From assembly GCA_009602735.1 (NCBI GenBank), contig WELA01002374.1, positions 47,763 through 111,762 on the forward strand: a DNA stretch of 64,000 nt, read 5' to 3'. Shown piece by piece: positions 26,262 to 38,700 of this stretch. Each line of letters starts with the position of its first letter. Within the stretch, counting starts at the first letter, position 1. Source of the stretch: Mesotaenium endlicherianum (taxonomy: Eukaryota). The position numbers and the translations under genes were made by a program. A model generated the notes under the pieces. That model had not been told where the DNA came from and made no database searches. It saw nothing but the letters and a program-made list of their open reading frames with translations.

Positions 26262-26981
26262 TGAAAAGAATCAACTTACCAATTAGGCGATTAACAATGT
26301 TCAAAGATCTTTATATCAGCAAGTAATCTTTATGGTATTTTTTGTTAATTGGTTAAACAGCAAAGGACAACACACTAGCAGTGGACAATACTCGTAAGTC
26401 AAATGCGAGTTGACTAGCATCAATAATGCAATCAGTAAACTCATACATAAGCAAGGTGAGAAGGCAGTGCGTATCAATGGCTTCTCGCCTTGGATTTAGG
26501 TTTCTCTCAGTAAGCTGTACAAGAGAGTTGGCCTCGTTTCCGAATGCCGAACTCGAGAGCAATGCCTAGCATATGTACATGGAATGAGTTTACTGTTCAA
26601 CGGCCAGTGCGATGGCACCGCCTACCCGGGAGTTAACCACGTTGGTAGGACCTCGGTTAACCAAATCCACTGCCATCTCCCATCATCCCAAATCGCCATC
26701 CATCATAGGGATGTCATCTGGCCATTCATCTAGCGTATCACACCTAGATGCATATCGAGGCAGTTCGCTGCTACCGAGTACGGAAGTCAGCTGGCTGTCA
26801 AAGAATGTGTCAGCAAGCTGACTTAAGTTGACTTCAGCCTGCTGCTTCCGGCTGAGTCATTAAACTGATATTTAATATAAAGTCCAGCAGACTAATTATC
26901 AACTAGAGTTCAGTAGGCTGAACTTATTTAACTATTATATTTAAATGAATATTATATCTACTAATATACTGATTCAATACA
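26262..26981 (-). repeat. 3' LTR of element A
   Basis: TGAAAAGAAT...TTCAATACA; preceded on the minus strand by tgttgtcgaggcgacaaca-agttaagttggaaagat. Confidence 0.92.
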
Positions 26982-27093
26982 ATCTTTCCAACTTAACTTG
27001 TTGTCGCCTCGACAACATTAAACTGCAAAAGTCTTAAATAAGGAAACTGAACCTGACCAGCCTCCCCCACTGACCACCTTTTCAGCCTGTCAC

Positions 27094-28074
27094 CTAGGGG
27101 ATTGTTCCTGGGGCTTCAGGATCAGGAGAATGAGATCTGGACCTAGATCTGGACAGCCCTCTAGGTCTGTCAGCTGGCCTTCTAAAGAACCCCGTTTGTT
27201 CTAAAGTTGGACCTCGAGGAGAACGAAGGATGGTAGCCTGCTCTTCACCCACTTGGGTATTGATCCCCACATAGACAGGCATTCCAGTAGGATGCTGAAA
27301 TACATTGGCAAGAGGTACATGTCCCTGAGCGAAGGGGGAGGCCGGCATACCTCTGGCCACCCCGCGTATCCCTGAAACTCCTGTCCTCTGGGGATTTCTG
27401 CCTGTGTTTGCTGCCAAGTGCAGTCAGATCAGCTTCTTCCCCTGCTTGGGCAGGTGGGCTGGGGGAGCGAGTGCGGGGTCCAGTTGCCACCATGACCGGA
27501 ATCACGTTCCATATACCTGATCTTGGTTCCTTAGGAAGTGCCCCTGCCTGTCCCTGGGTCTCCTGAGTACCAGCTCCTGATGCTTCTCCTCTACCTTGTT
27601 CTTCTTCCTCATCCCCCTCATCCTCCTCCCTTGGGAGAGTAGGAGTCTCGTCAACTAAGTCGTCCTGCTCTCTGGTAGACATGGAGTAGTCTATTGATCT
27701 CCCTTTCTTAGGGCGCGCTAGAGGTTGCTTGGCCTTCAGCCTGCTGATGTCTATCCGGCCTGTATTCTTCGCCCATTTGACAAAGGCATGCTTTCCCTTA
27801 GAGAAGTAATCTCTCTCCCTCCTCCTGTGTTCTTTGATCTCTGCATTCATGTTGCTCAGGCAGCCATTCAGCCTGGGGTCCCAAGGGGCAATGTGAGGTG
27901 GTAGAATGAGGTGGCCGTCTAGGCCATAGTGGAAATCGTCTGGTTGGGCTCGGTCACACTCCTGCATTTTGTTTGTGACGGTCATCCACCTCCAGTCTGT
28001 TGGCTGCTGGTAGTACTGGGGTCCATGCTCAGCTTTTCTCATTTTGCATGGGAACCAGTGGGGAGAGAACATCT
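27094..28074 (-). pseudogene. C-terminal part of the extra ORF (ORF3) of element A
   Basis: ORF 28072-27245 joins in frame to 35321-34631 when element B and one TSD copy are removed. A probable frameshift near 27420 would extend it to 27094. Confidence 0.7.
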
Positions 28075-28079
28075 GCTGT

Positions 28080-28582
28080 TGTAGTGAAACAGATAGATGA
28101 AGTACTTAGTGAAATATAATACTTTATCTATTCAAGACAAGGATCTTTGAACACAAGTGATAGCTTCTTGAGAGAGAGATGGCTTCTTGAAAGTTAATAT
28201 ATTCCGGGATTTTGGCAAGTACAAGAGTGATTCTGGAATGTCTTTCTATGTTCTAGCTCTTGTTTATATACTTGCTAAATAAGTAATCTCTAGGAAGGTG
28301 TATGTTGATGTGTTGGCACCCAACACATCCCAAAACTTGCCACCTCTTTCTAGAATAATGTACACATGTTCTTTTGACCTAAAAATGGCACATTTGACTT
28401 CTGCCACGTGGAGTTCTTCTAGGTCTTTCCTCTAACTTCGAAAATGCCTTGGAAGGTTCAAAGGACATGAACCAAGTTACTAGAGTACCTATTCACACTT
28501 GAATTCACACAATAATACTCCAAATATATTTGAAAACATTAAAATATATGCATACTAATATATAATAACTCAAATCACTACA
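28080..28582 (-). repeat. 3' LTR of element B
   Basis: Direct repeat of 34129-34630 with TG...CA ends; PPT adjacent. Confidence 0.95.
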
Positions 28583-29350
28583 TCACCCCCCCGATAGAAA
28601 AAGCGACGTCTCGGCGCGTCAAGTCAGGTCTTACACATGTGGAGCAAACTAGTCAACAGTTTCAAGTCAGATGCCACACATGTGAAGAGGACTAGTCAAA
28701 GGCGCCAAGTCAGGTGCTACACATGTAAGGTAGACTAGGCAAGGCCGTGGGTGGTGTGACCTTATTGGCTAGCCTACTCCTTGATGATAAAGAAAATTGT
28801 ACAAGTTGGCCCAGAATCTGCCACGAATTCAAAATTCATAGCGTCCACAGAATTGCTCCAAATCTGAAATTTCAAGTGCCAGACGGACCGCGTCGGAGAA
28901 CTCTACCGGGTCACCAAATTTGAGAGCATTCTAATCTCTGGAGTGTCGTTGAGAGCTGAGAGAGTAGGCACTCCTCCAAATCTGTGCAGAAACTTCTGAG
29001 AATCATAAGTCCTTCTATGCTTCTCCAAATTCTGCAAACCAAGTCTCAAAGTGGGCGCTGTAAGATGTTCTACCAGAGTCTTGAGTTTCAAAGCATTCCA
29101 AGTTCAGGGGAGGGCACAATGTCATAAGGCATATTCTGCCCTAACAATGCCAGCAGCTTGACCCCCTTCTACTTAGCGCATCATATCTCTCTCACTAGTG
29201 CTCCAAATTGAGCAAACTTGGACTCTGAATCACCGGCTACTCATGGGCTACAGCAAGGTAAATTTTCAGAATTTATTCTGCAGAGACCTATCACCAGTAC
29301 CAGTTTTAGCTTTCTGTCCAGAAACTGCAAGAAGAGAAAAGTGTCTAATG

Positions 29351-32300
29351 TCATTTTTTCCTCTTTGTGGTTCTTGCAGGCTGCCTCCAAGGGGTCTTCT
29401 GCTGCTTCTTGATGGTGGCAGGCTGCCTCCCTGAAGTCTCCGGGCTTCTAGTAGAGAGACTTGGGGCTGGTCCAAGATGGGGGTTGGCGGTATGGAAGCG
29501 CTTCAACTTTCGTTGAACTTTGTCAAGGTAGTGCGCCGCCACCCAACTATTCTCCGAATCTGGATATCCTTTCCACTTGATCAAGTATTGCTGCTGTCTC
29601 CTGAAATTTCTCATAGCCACTATGTCTTCCACTTCGTACTCCAAATGATCATCCACTATTGTTGGGGCTGGTGGGGTTGTCACACGTCCTGGGAACTTGT
29701 TGTCGGGTTGCACATATGGCTTGAAGAGGGAAGCGTGGAATACGGGGTCGATGTGCATAGTCTGGGGAAGTTCTAGCTTGAAAGCAACGGGGTTGACTTG
29801 CTGGATAATCTTGAAGGGTCCCAAATACTTGGGAGAGAACTTGCTGCCGGCAGGCCTGTTGTTCAGGGAAATGTTCTTGGATGATAGTAACACGTTGTCA
29901 CCCACTCTGTACGTAATTTCTCTTCTGGACCTGTTTGCCACTCTTGCTTGAGCATCTTGCGCCTGTTGTAGAGCTTTCTTCGCTGCTGTTAGGGCCGCTT
30001 CTAATGTCCCCATAAAATCTGTTGCTGCAGGTACTTCATCATGGCCAGCCGTGAAGCTCAGCGGCGTGGTTGGATGGAAGCCATCGTTGAGGAAGAATGG
30101 GGACTCTTGGGTAGAGGCCTGCATCGTGTTGTTGTAGGCAAACTCCAGGGGGGTCAAGTACATGTCCCAATCTTGCTCCAGAGTAGACACGTAGGCCTTT
30201 AGAGAGGTCTTTAGGGTACAGTTCATACGCTCCGTTTGCCCATCTGATTGTGGGTGATAGGCTGTAGACATATCCAGCGATGTACCCAAGTTCTTGAAGA
30301 GATTTTTCCAGAAATGGCTTGTGAATCTTGGATCTCTATCTGACACAATTCTTAATGGTAGTCCATGGAGTCGGAAGATGTTGTCAAAGATGAGCCTTGC
30401 AAGTTGTGGTGCCGTAGCCTTAGTTGTCGTGGGAACAAAATGAGCCATCTTCGTAAGTCTGTCCACCACCGTGAGTATTGCATTATGGCCTCGAGGTGTC
30501 ACGGGCAAGTCCACGATAAGGTCCATTGAGATGTCCGTCCATTGTCTTTCGGGGATTGGTAGTGGTTGGAGGAGTCCTCCCGCCTTTTGCGATGATGGCT
30601 TGATTCTTTGGCATGTGTCACAGCTCCTGCAGTACTCCTTGACTTGCTTAGACATGCCTGGCCAACAATAAGTCCTAGCTAGAACGCCCGTGGTCCTTAG
30701 GATTCCAAAGTGTCCTCCAAGAGGGTTGTCGTGTGCTTCTCGTAGAAGCAAGAGCCGGAGGTCTATGTCATTAGGAACACATCTCTGGCCCGTATCTTGC
30801 CTCACCCAATAATTGCCTTCTTGCTTCTTGCATGGGTCCAAGGCTGCTTCTCCGTTCTTGTAGTAAGGGTCTCTTTCATAGGCGGCTGAAAATCGAGCTT
30901 CCAGATCTGTCTTCAGGGATACCATCACTGCATTTAATTGCAGTCTTGAGAGGGGGTCAGCCGGGTTTGTCTTGCCGGGCTGGTACTGAATCGTGATGTT
31001 GTATTGTTGCAAGTATCCGCTCCATCTTGCTTGTCTCCTTGAGAGATACGGCTGCGTTTGGAGGTGCTTTAACGCCTCGTGGTCCGTGGTGACCAGTACT
31101 TTGCGTCCTTCAACGTAGCAGCGCCAAACCTTCAAGGCATGTACAATCGCCAATGCCTCTCGCTCCGTGGTTGTATAATTTTGCTCGGCTGGATTTAGCT
31201 TCCTTGACTCGTAGGCGATGGGCTGCAGTCCCTTGCCTTGGTCTTGAAGCAGGATTGCTCCTATTGCATAGGAAGGTGCATCGGTGATGACGTGAAAGGG
31301 CCAATCTGGGTTTGGACTTGGGAGTGTGACCACCGGGGATGTGGTCAATCTTTGCTTTAACTCTTGAAATGCCTCTTCCTCTTTCTCGGTCCATGTATAT
31401 AGCCTGTCCTTCTTGAGTAGATCTGTCAGGGGGGCTGCTATGTGCGAGAAGCCTTGGATGAATTTTCTGTACCAATTGGCAAATCCCAAGAATGACTGGA
31501 GTTCTTTCTTGGTCGTGGGGGTTGGCCATTCCTCCACCACCGTGGTCTTCTTGGGGTCCATCTTGATGCCATCAGCAGTCACGTGGAGACCTAGGAACTC
31601 CACTTCTTGTTTGGCAAACTCGCACTTTGACTCCTTCGCAAATAGCTTGTTTTGCTTCAATACTTCAAGGACTTCTTTCAAGTGTCTCGCATGCTCTTCA
31701 AGGGTCTTGCTGTAGATAAGGATGTCATCGATGAATACCACCACAAATCTGTCCAACATGGGCTGAAATATGGTGTTCATCATAGTCATGAAAGTTGCTG
31801 GCGCGTTGGTGAGTCCAAATGGCAGGACCATGAACTCAAAATGTCCATATCTTGTCCTGAATGCCGTCTTCTCTATGTCCGGTTCTGCGATGCGAATCTG
31901 GTGGTAGCCGCTCCGTAAGTCAATCTTCGTGAAGTACTTGGCTCCAACCAGCCGGTCCATGAGCTCATCCATGCGCGGCAGCGGGTATCGATTCTTGATG
32001 GTGATCTTGTTGAGGGCGCGATAGTCCACACACATCCTCAAGGTACCATCTTTCTTCTTGACAAATAGCACCGGGGCTCCAAATGGCGACTTGCTAGGTC
32101 GAATGAAGCCATGCTCCAGTAGCTCCTTGATTTGCTTCTTGACTTCGTCTAGCTCCGTGTATGACATTTTGAACGTAGGCCGAGAGATGGGCTTGCTTCC
32201 GGGCTCCAACTCTACCTTGTGGTCCACGAACCTTTTGAGGGGTAAGCCCTTGGGCAATTCCGAGGAGAATACTTCTTTGTAGTCCTCTAAGACTTCTTGT

Positions 32301-32960
32301 ATCTCCTTGGGAACAGGACTGCCTTCTTGACTCTCGATGTCTTTCTTGATGTCTTTTGGCGTGATCAAGGCCAAAAGAAGCTCGTGTCCCTTCCTCACAA
32401 GTCTCTTGAGTTGGAGGGCGGACAATAGTATCTCGTGTGCCGGCTTCTGGATGTCTTGGGTTTGGATATTCTGGATTGCGCGCAAAATACAGATTCTTGA
32501 AGTGATGTCATTCTTGATCTTGATAGTACCGGTCCTCCAATCAACTTGGGGGTTGTGCTTGGTCAACCAAGGCGTCCCTAGGATGACGTCGTACTTGCCC
32601 AATTGCATGGGGGAGAACACTACTCTATCCTTGAAGGACTTGATAGAGAGTGCCAAGGGGTACGTCTTCTTGGAAGGGGTAGTATAGGAGAATCCATCGG
32701 GCATCATAATCTCCTCGTCGTGGTCAAGAGTTCGCATAGTAATACCGTGCTTGGTGGCAAAATCTGCAGCAATGAAGTTGCCTTGAGCTCCGCTATCCAC
32801 CAAGATGTGGACCTTCTCTCCTCCAAGGTAACCTCTCAAACTCATTGGGGCTGGAACGTCGTCTTCAACGGGGGTCTCCACCTCACTTGTCTTGTTGCCT
32901 TCTCGTAAAGTGGGTCTTGGGGTGGTAGGCCCCTGGCCTACCGGCGCTGTCCGTTTTTTG
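29351..32960 (-). CDS. pol: Pol polyprotein of element B (aspartic protease, RT, RNase H, integrase, chromodomain)
   Basis: Uninterrupted [46 protein letters not shown] region, [42 protein letters not shown]. Confidence 0.95.
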
Positions 32961-34091
32961 ACAACTTTTTGGGGCATGACAGTGCACGATGGCCCTTTTC
33001 CTTGCAATAGAAGCATAGTCCAGCCGTCATGAGAGCTTCTTTTTCAGCCNNNNNNNNNNNNNNNNNNNNNNNNNNNNNNNNNNNNNNNNNNNNNNNNNNN
33101 NNNNNNNNNNNNNNNNNNNNNNNNNNNNNNNNNNNNNNNNNNNNNNNNNNNNNNNNNNNNNNNNNNNNNNNNNNNNNNNNNNNNNNNNNNNNNNNNNNNN
33201 NNNNNNNNNNNNNNNNNNNNNNNNNNNNNNNNNNNNNNNNNNNNNNNNNNNNNNNNNNNNNNNNNNNNNNNNNNNNNNNNNNNNNNNNNNNNNNNNNNNN
33301 NNNNNNNNNNNNNNNNNNNNNNNNNNNNNNNNNNNNNNNNNNNNNNNNNNNNNNNNNNNNNNNNNNNNNNNNNNNNNNNNNNNNNNNNNNNNNNNNNNNN
33401 NNNNNNNNNNNNNNNNNNNNNNNNNNNNNNNNNNNNNNNNNNNNNNNNNNNNNNNNNNNNNNNNNNNNNNNNNNNNNNNNNNNNNNNNNNNNNNNNNNNN
33501 NNNNNNNNNNNNNNNNNNNNNNNNNNNNNNNNNNNNNNNNNNNNNNNNNNNNNNNNNNNNNNNNNNNNNNNNNNNNNNNNNNNNNNNNNNNNNNNNNNNN
33601 NNNNNNNNNNNNNNNNNNNNNNNNNNNNNNNNNNNNNNNNNNNNNNNNNNNNNNNNNNNNNNNNNNNNNNNNNNNNNNNNNNNNNNNNNNNNNNNNNNNN
33701 NNNNNNNNNNNNNNNNNNNNNNNNNNNNNNNNNNNNNNNNNNNNNNNNNNNNNNNNNNNNNNNNNNNNNNNNNNNNNNNNNNNNNNNNNNNNNNNNNNNN
33801 NNNNNNNNNNNNNNNNNNNNNNNNNNNNNNNNNNNNNNNNNNNNNNNNNNNNNNNNNNNNNNNNNNNNNNNNNNNNNNNNNNNNNNNNNNNNNNNNNNNN
33901 NNNNNNNNNNNNNNNNNNNNNNNNNNNNNNNNNNNNNNNNNNNNNNNNNNNNNNNNNNGTGCTCCTCCTTGTGGTGCTTCTTATTGCTGCAGATTTTCTT
34001 GAGTGGGCTCTCCCATCGGCGCTGGAGGAGGGTGTCTTGGAGAGGAAGGGCTTCCTTCGAAAACTTGCTGTTGGTCTTGAGGATCGGCCAT
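32938..34091 (-). pseudogene. gag: Gag of element B (mostly hidden in an N-gap; early premature stop)
   Basis: Starts MADPQDQQQ after the PBS, with an in-frame TAA near 33982. C-terminal zinc knuckle [21 protein letters not shown] slippery heptamer at 32953-32959. Confidence 0.75.
33050..33958. other. Assembly gap (N run) within gag of element B
   Basis: Run of n. Confidence 1.
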
Positions 34092-34115
34092 CTTCTTGTG
34101 CTACCAAAGTGCCTA

Positions 34116-34127
34116 GCTCCGATACCA
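34116..34127 (-). promoter_or_regulatory. Primer-binding site of element B (tRNA-iMet type)
   Basis: TGGTATCGGAGC, one nt downstream of the 5' LTR. Confidence 0.85.
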
Positions 34128-34128
34128 C

Positions 34129-34630
34129 TGTAGTGAAACAGATAGATAAAGTACTTAGTAAAACAGAATACTTTATCTATTCAAGACAAGGATCTTGAAC
34201 ACAAGTGGTAGCTTCTTGAAAGAGAGATGGCTTCTTGAAAGTTAATATATTTCTGGATTTTGGCAAGTACAATAGTGATTCTGGAATGTCTTTCTATGTT
34301 CTAGCTCTTGTTTAAATACTTGCTAAATAAGAAATTTCTAGGAAGGTGTATGTTGATGTGTTGGCACCCAACAGATTCCAAAACTTGCCACCTCTTTCTA
34401 GAATAATGTACACATGTCCTTTTGACCTAAAAATGGCACATTTGACTTCTGCCACGTGGAGTTCTTCTAAGTCTTTCCTCTAACTTCGAAAATGCCTTAG
34501 AAGGTTCAAAGGACATGAACCAAGTCACTAGAGTACCTATTCACGCTTGAATCCACACAATACTACTCCAAATATATCTGAAAACATTAACATATATGCA
34601 AACTAATATATAATAACTCAAATCACTACA
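34129..34630 (-). repeat. 5' LTR of element B
   Basis: Direct repeat of 28080-28582, followed by the PBS on the minus strand. Confidence 0.95.
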
Positions 34631-35321
34631 GCTGTCCTGCTTCCCTGGCCAAGTACTCCCAGCTCCTTCTCTCAACTTCATTGTAAGCTGGCAATAGTGT
34701 GAGGTAGAAAACCGTATTTTAAAAGCTATCGGGCCGCATGCTCACCATCCTGATGAGTCTTTGATCTCCCACTATCCCCGGTATTGGGACTAGCTTGTTC
34801 TCTGAATCGTCGGCAAGGTACTGGGCCTGCTCTGCTGTATAGCCCACCATATTGGCATAATCCTCGCAGAGGACCACACCAGTGTGTGTCTCAATGTACC
34901 TATCCAGTGCTGTAGTTCCTTCCCTCTGTAGCAGTGTTGTCTGTTCCAGCTTGTTGATCTCCTGGGCTGCCAGCAATGCTTCCTTCAGGATATCAAAGTT
35001 TTCGCCACCCGCCACAGTATACCTGTAAGTGGCCAAGCTCTTCTGCCTGTCCGCTTCAGCCTTTTTCCTTCTCTCCTCCTCTGCCGCTGCCGCTTCTTCT
35101 TGTTGTTTCTTTTGTCTCTCCTCCTCAGCTTTCCTGAGGTTTTCCGCTTCCTGATCCTTCTTCCTCTGTGCTTCTTCTGCCGCCTCTTGTTGTTTGCGGA
35201 CCCTTTCTTGTTCTCTCCTGGTGAGGGACGTCGCCGCCAGCTCCTTCTGGTATTGCTCCATTGTCCTCCTGGCTTCTCTCGCCTTGCGCTGTCTGTCCTC
35301 CTTTTGTGTGGTGGGAGCCAT
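34631..35321 (-). pseudogene. N-terminal part of the extra ORF (ORF3) of element A: charged coiled-coil region followed by a non-repetitive region
   Basis: MAPTTQKEDRQRK...; one in-frame TAA at 34719-34721, after which the frame stays open to the element-B insertion site. Confidence 0.7.
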
Positions 35322-35715
35322 TCTGCACACGTAACCAGGGCACAAGTTAGTAGGATATCGACCTTTGTCCTAGAAGTTGCAGGAAGGGAGTAAGTTCGTA
35401 TTAGTATAGTGTATTCGTTCCCGTTTACTTTACAGGTTGATTGCTAGGAGTTGACGTAGTTGCGGTGCGCTAGACATAAACGTATGAATGTGTTTTCAGG
35501 TGCGTTAAGTGATGTATGGCTGTGCGAGGCCCTTTTTCCTTCAGCTAAAGGTGCTTTATGTGGGCCAGGCTGTTCCCTCTGTCACTATGCTGACACTTAG
35601 GGTTCACATAACTGTCCCTTTCTCGCTCTCGCACACTAATTGTCATATATTTTCCCCTCCAACTTAAATGGAGACAGGACCTCCTGTCACCTTCCCATGT
35701 CAACTGAAATGACTG

Positions 35716-38700
35716 TTAGGGAGGTGCTCCAGCCGCCCGTAGGTGGAACCATTTCAACGCCCCTTTGGCAATAGTCAAATGGTCTTTAAATTCCCAAGTG
35801 TCCCCAGAGGCATCGTGACCCTTCCATCGAATGAGGTACTTCATGACATATTTAGACGATCGACGGACCGAGCGCGCGTCTAAAATTTCCTCAACCTCAT
35901 ATTCCTCAAGGTCGCCTTCCCGGACAGCTGGGACCGGTCCTGGTTGGACAGGTAACCGACCTGTGAACAGTGTATCACCTTTGATGTATGGTTCCAGGAC
36001 GGAGACATTAAAGACCGGATGACCCTTGTATTCGGCTGACATGTTCAGGTTGTAAGCATTCTTACCAATACGACGTACCACCGAATATGGACCGACCCAG
36101 ACCGGGCCAAGCTTTTTCTTACCCACACCAGGGAGGTACAGATGCTGAGAATGCAGTTTGACCAAATCGCCTTTAGAAAAGGTCTGTTCTCGACGGTGCT
36201 GATTAGCGTACTTTTGTTGGTTTTCTTGGGCTCTGTGCAGGTTCTGCTCGACTTCTGACAGCGTGTCAGCAAACTCCTGAGTTAACTGGAGGGAGACCGG
36301 ATTGTCAATCCCTTCAGGGTGAGTTAAAGACTCCCCTAGGACATCTAAAGGAGACTTAGGGACTCTACCTAGGCTTGGTTCAAAAGGAGTCTTGCCCATT
36401 GACGCGTGCACCGCACTGTTGACCGCAAATTGGATTTGGGGTAACAGGTCATCCCAATTATCTTGTTTTTGGTTAACATAGGCTCTCAGTACCTCTTGCA
36501 GAACTCGGTTAGTTCTTTCAGTCTGCCCATCAGTTTGAGGGTGGTTTGGTGTGCTGAGCAGCTGTTTGACTCCCATTGACCCCATTAAAGCCCTCCAGAA
36601 CTTAAAGGTAAATTTTGAGTCCCTGTCTGAGATTATATTAGAGGGTAGCCCATGTTGGCATACTACATGGTTGTAGAACTGTCTCGCTGTTTCGAGTGCA
36701 GTTACTTTGACAGTTGTGGGGATGAAAATGACCATTTTGGTTAGTTTATCCACGACTACCAGTATTGAATCATGCCCATTGGCAGTTCGTGGCAATGTGA
36801 CCACCCAGTCCATGGATATTGTTTCCCAGCGGCCAGCTGGGATGGGCAACGGTTGTAAGAGGCCCCCCGGTGGTGTGTGCCTAGACTTATTCTTTTGACA
36901 CTGGTCACAGGACTTAACGTATTTCAGGACCTCCCAAGGTAATCTCTCCCAATGATAATGTTTTGCCAATTTGCCAACAGTTTTGGCCTGCCCCAAATGC
37001 CCACCCAGTAAACTGTCATGTGCTTGACTCAATAAAAGGGACCTCATTTTCACGTTATTAGGAATGACCAGCTTCAGCCTGCCTGAAGTGGTTTCAGTTA
37101 CCCAGACCCCTCCCTTAAGCTTATACCCGAGTGCAGTAGCACGACACATACCAGTAGTGGGGCTGGGCTCAAATGTTGGGCTCAAATGTTTGGTCAGAAA
37201 GGTAGGCTTTCCTAAGTTGTTCAAGAAAGGACTTTTTCAGCTTGAGTGAAGTGAGTGCACACAGGACTTTATCTACAGCATGCTGACTAAAGTTCCTTTC
37301 TTGCAAGTCAGGTCTTCTAGAGAGTGCATCAGCAGGATTCAACTTCCCTGGTTTGTAGTCGATACAAACTTGAAATTGCTCCAGCATCTGGCTCCAGCGG
37401 TTCTCCCTCCTTGATAGCTTGGACTTCTTCTGAAAGTGAGTCAGAGATAGATGATCTGTAATCACCTTAAAAGCTTTACCATGTAAGTATGCTCTCCACC
37501 GTTTGAGCACGTGAATGATAGCTAGCAGCTCTTTATCATGCATTGAGTAATTAATTTCCGCTGGATTAAATTTCATAGACTCGTACAACACAGGGTGCCA
37601 CTCCTGCCGTACCTTACCATCCTTTGTAGTTTTGTCAGCAGGCTGCAACAAAATAGCACCCATGGCAAAGTCAGAGGCATCAGTAACCACCTGCACCAGT
37701 TTGCGGGGGTCATACACGACTAGCACCGGGACAGAACAAAGCGCATCTTTAAGGGTCTGGAAGGCAGCTTGCTGCTCTTCCCCCCACACATACCCTATGT
37801 CTTTCTTAGTAAGGTCAGTCAGTTTACTGGCCTTTGTAGAATAATTCTCAATAAATCTCCTATAGTAGTTAGCCAACCCAAGGAAGGATCTAACTTTGGA
37901 GACAGACTGTGGTACTGGCCAGTCCCTTATGGTCTGGACTTTCTTAGGGTCCACACTGATGCCTTCTTTACTGACAACGTGGCCTAAGAATTCAATACTT
38001 TCCTTAAAGAAATCACACTTGCTCATTTTAGCATATAAGTGATCTTTTCTCAGAGTGTCCATGACGGTCTTTAAGTGTTCAGTGTGCTGAGCTTCATCTT
38101 TAGAGAAAATTAAAATATCATCCAGGAAAACTCGCACAAACTTATCCAAATAAGGTCTGAAAATGTCATTCATAGCACCCATGAAGGTCGCAGGAGCATT
38201 AGTCAGTCCAAATGGCATCACGTTGAAATCATAGTGTCCATAACGTGTGCGGAAGGCAGTCTTGTGTTCATCCCCCTCAGCAATTCTGATTTGATGATAA
38301 CCACTCTTGAGATCCATCTTACTGAACACCTTAGCNCACCTTAGCACCAAACAGGGTATCAAGCAAGTCCTCAATTTTGGGTAAAGCATACTTGTTCTTT
38401 ACTGTAATTCTGTTAAGACTTCTGTAATCCACACACATCCGCATACTCCCATCCTTTTTCTTAACAAATAGGATGGGTGCGCCATAAGGTGATTTACTGG
38501 GGGAAATGTAACCATTTTCCTCAAGCTCTGCAATCTGTGTTTTCAACTCCTCGCTCTCCACATAAGACAAGCCATAAGTGCGTTGCCAGGGTGGTTGACT
38601 CCCAGGTAATAAATCAATCCTATGATCTACTTCCCTCTTAGGGGGTAGTCCCGAAGGCATATTAAATACATCCGTATACTGAGCAACAATTTTCGCAGCA

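Larger units (their letters stand above)
28080..34630 (-). mobile_element. Ty3/gypsy chromovirus-type LTR retrotransposon B, nested in element A
   Basis: LTRs 28080-28582 and 34129-34630 with TGTAGTGA...TCACTACA termini; 5-bp TSD GCTGT (28075-28079 and 34631-34635); PBS 34116-34127; G-rich PPT adjacent to 28583. Confidence 0.96.
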
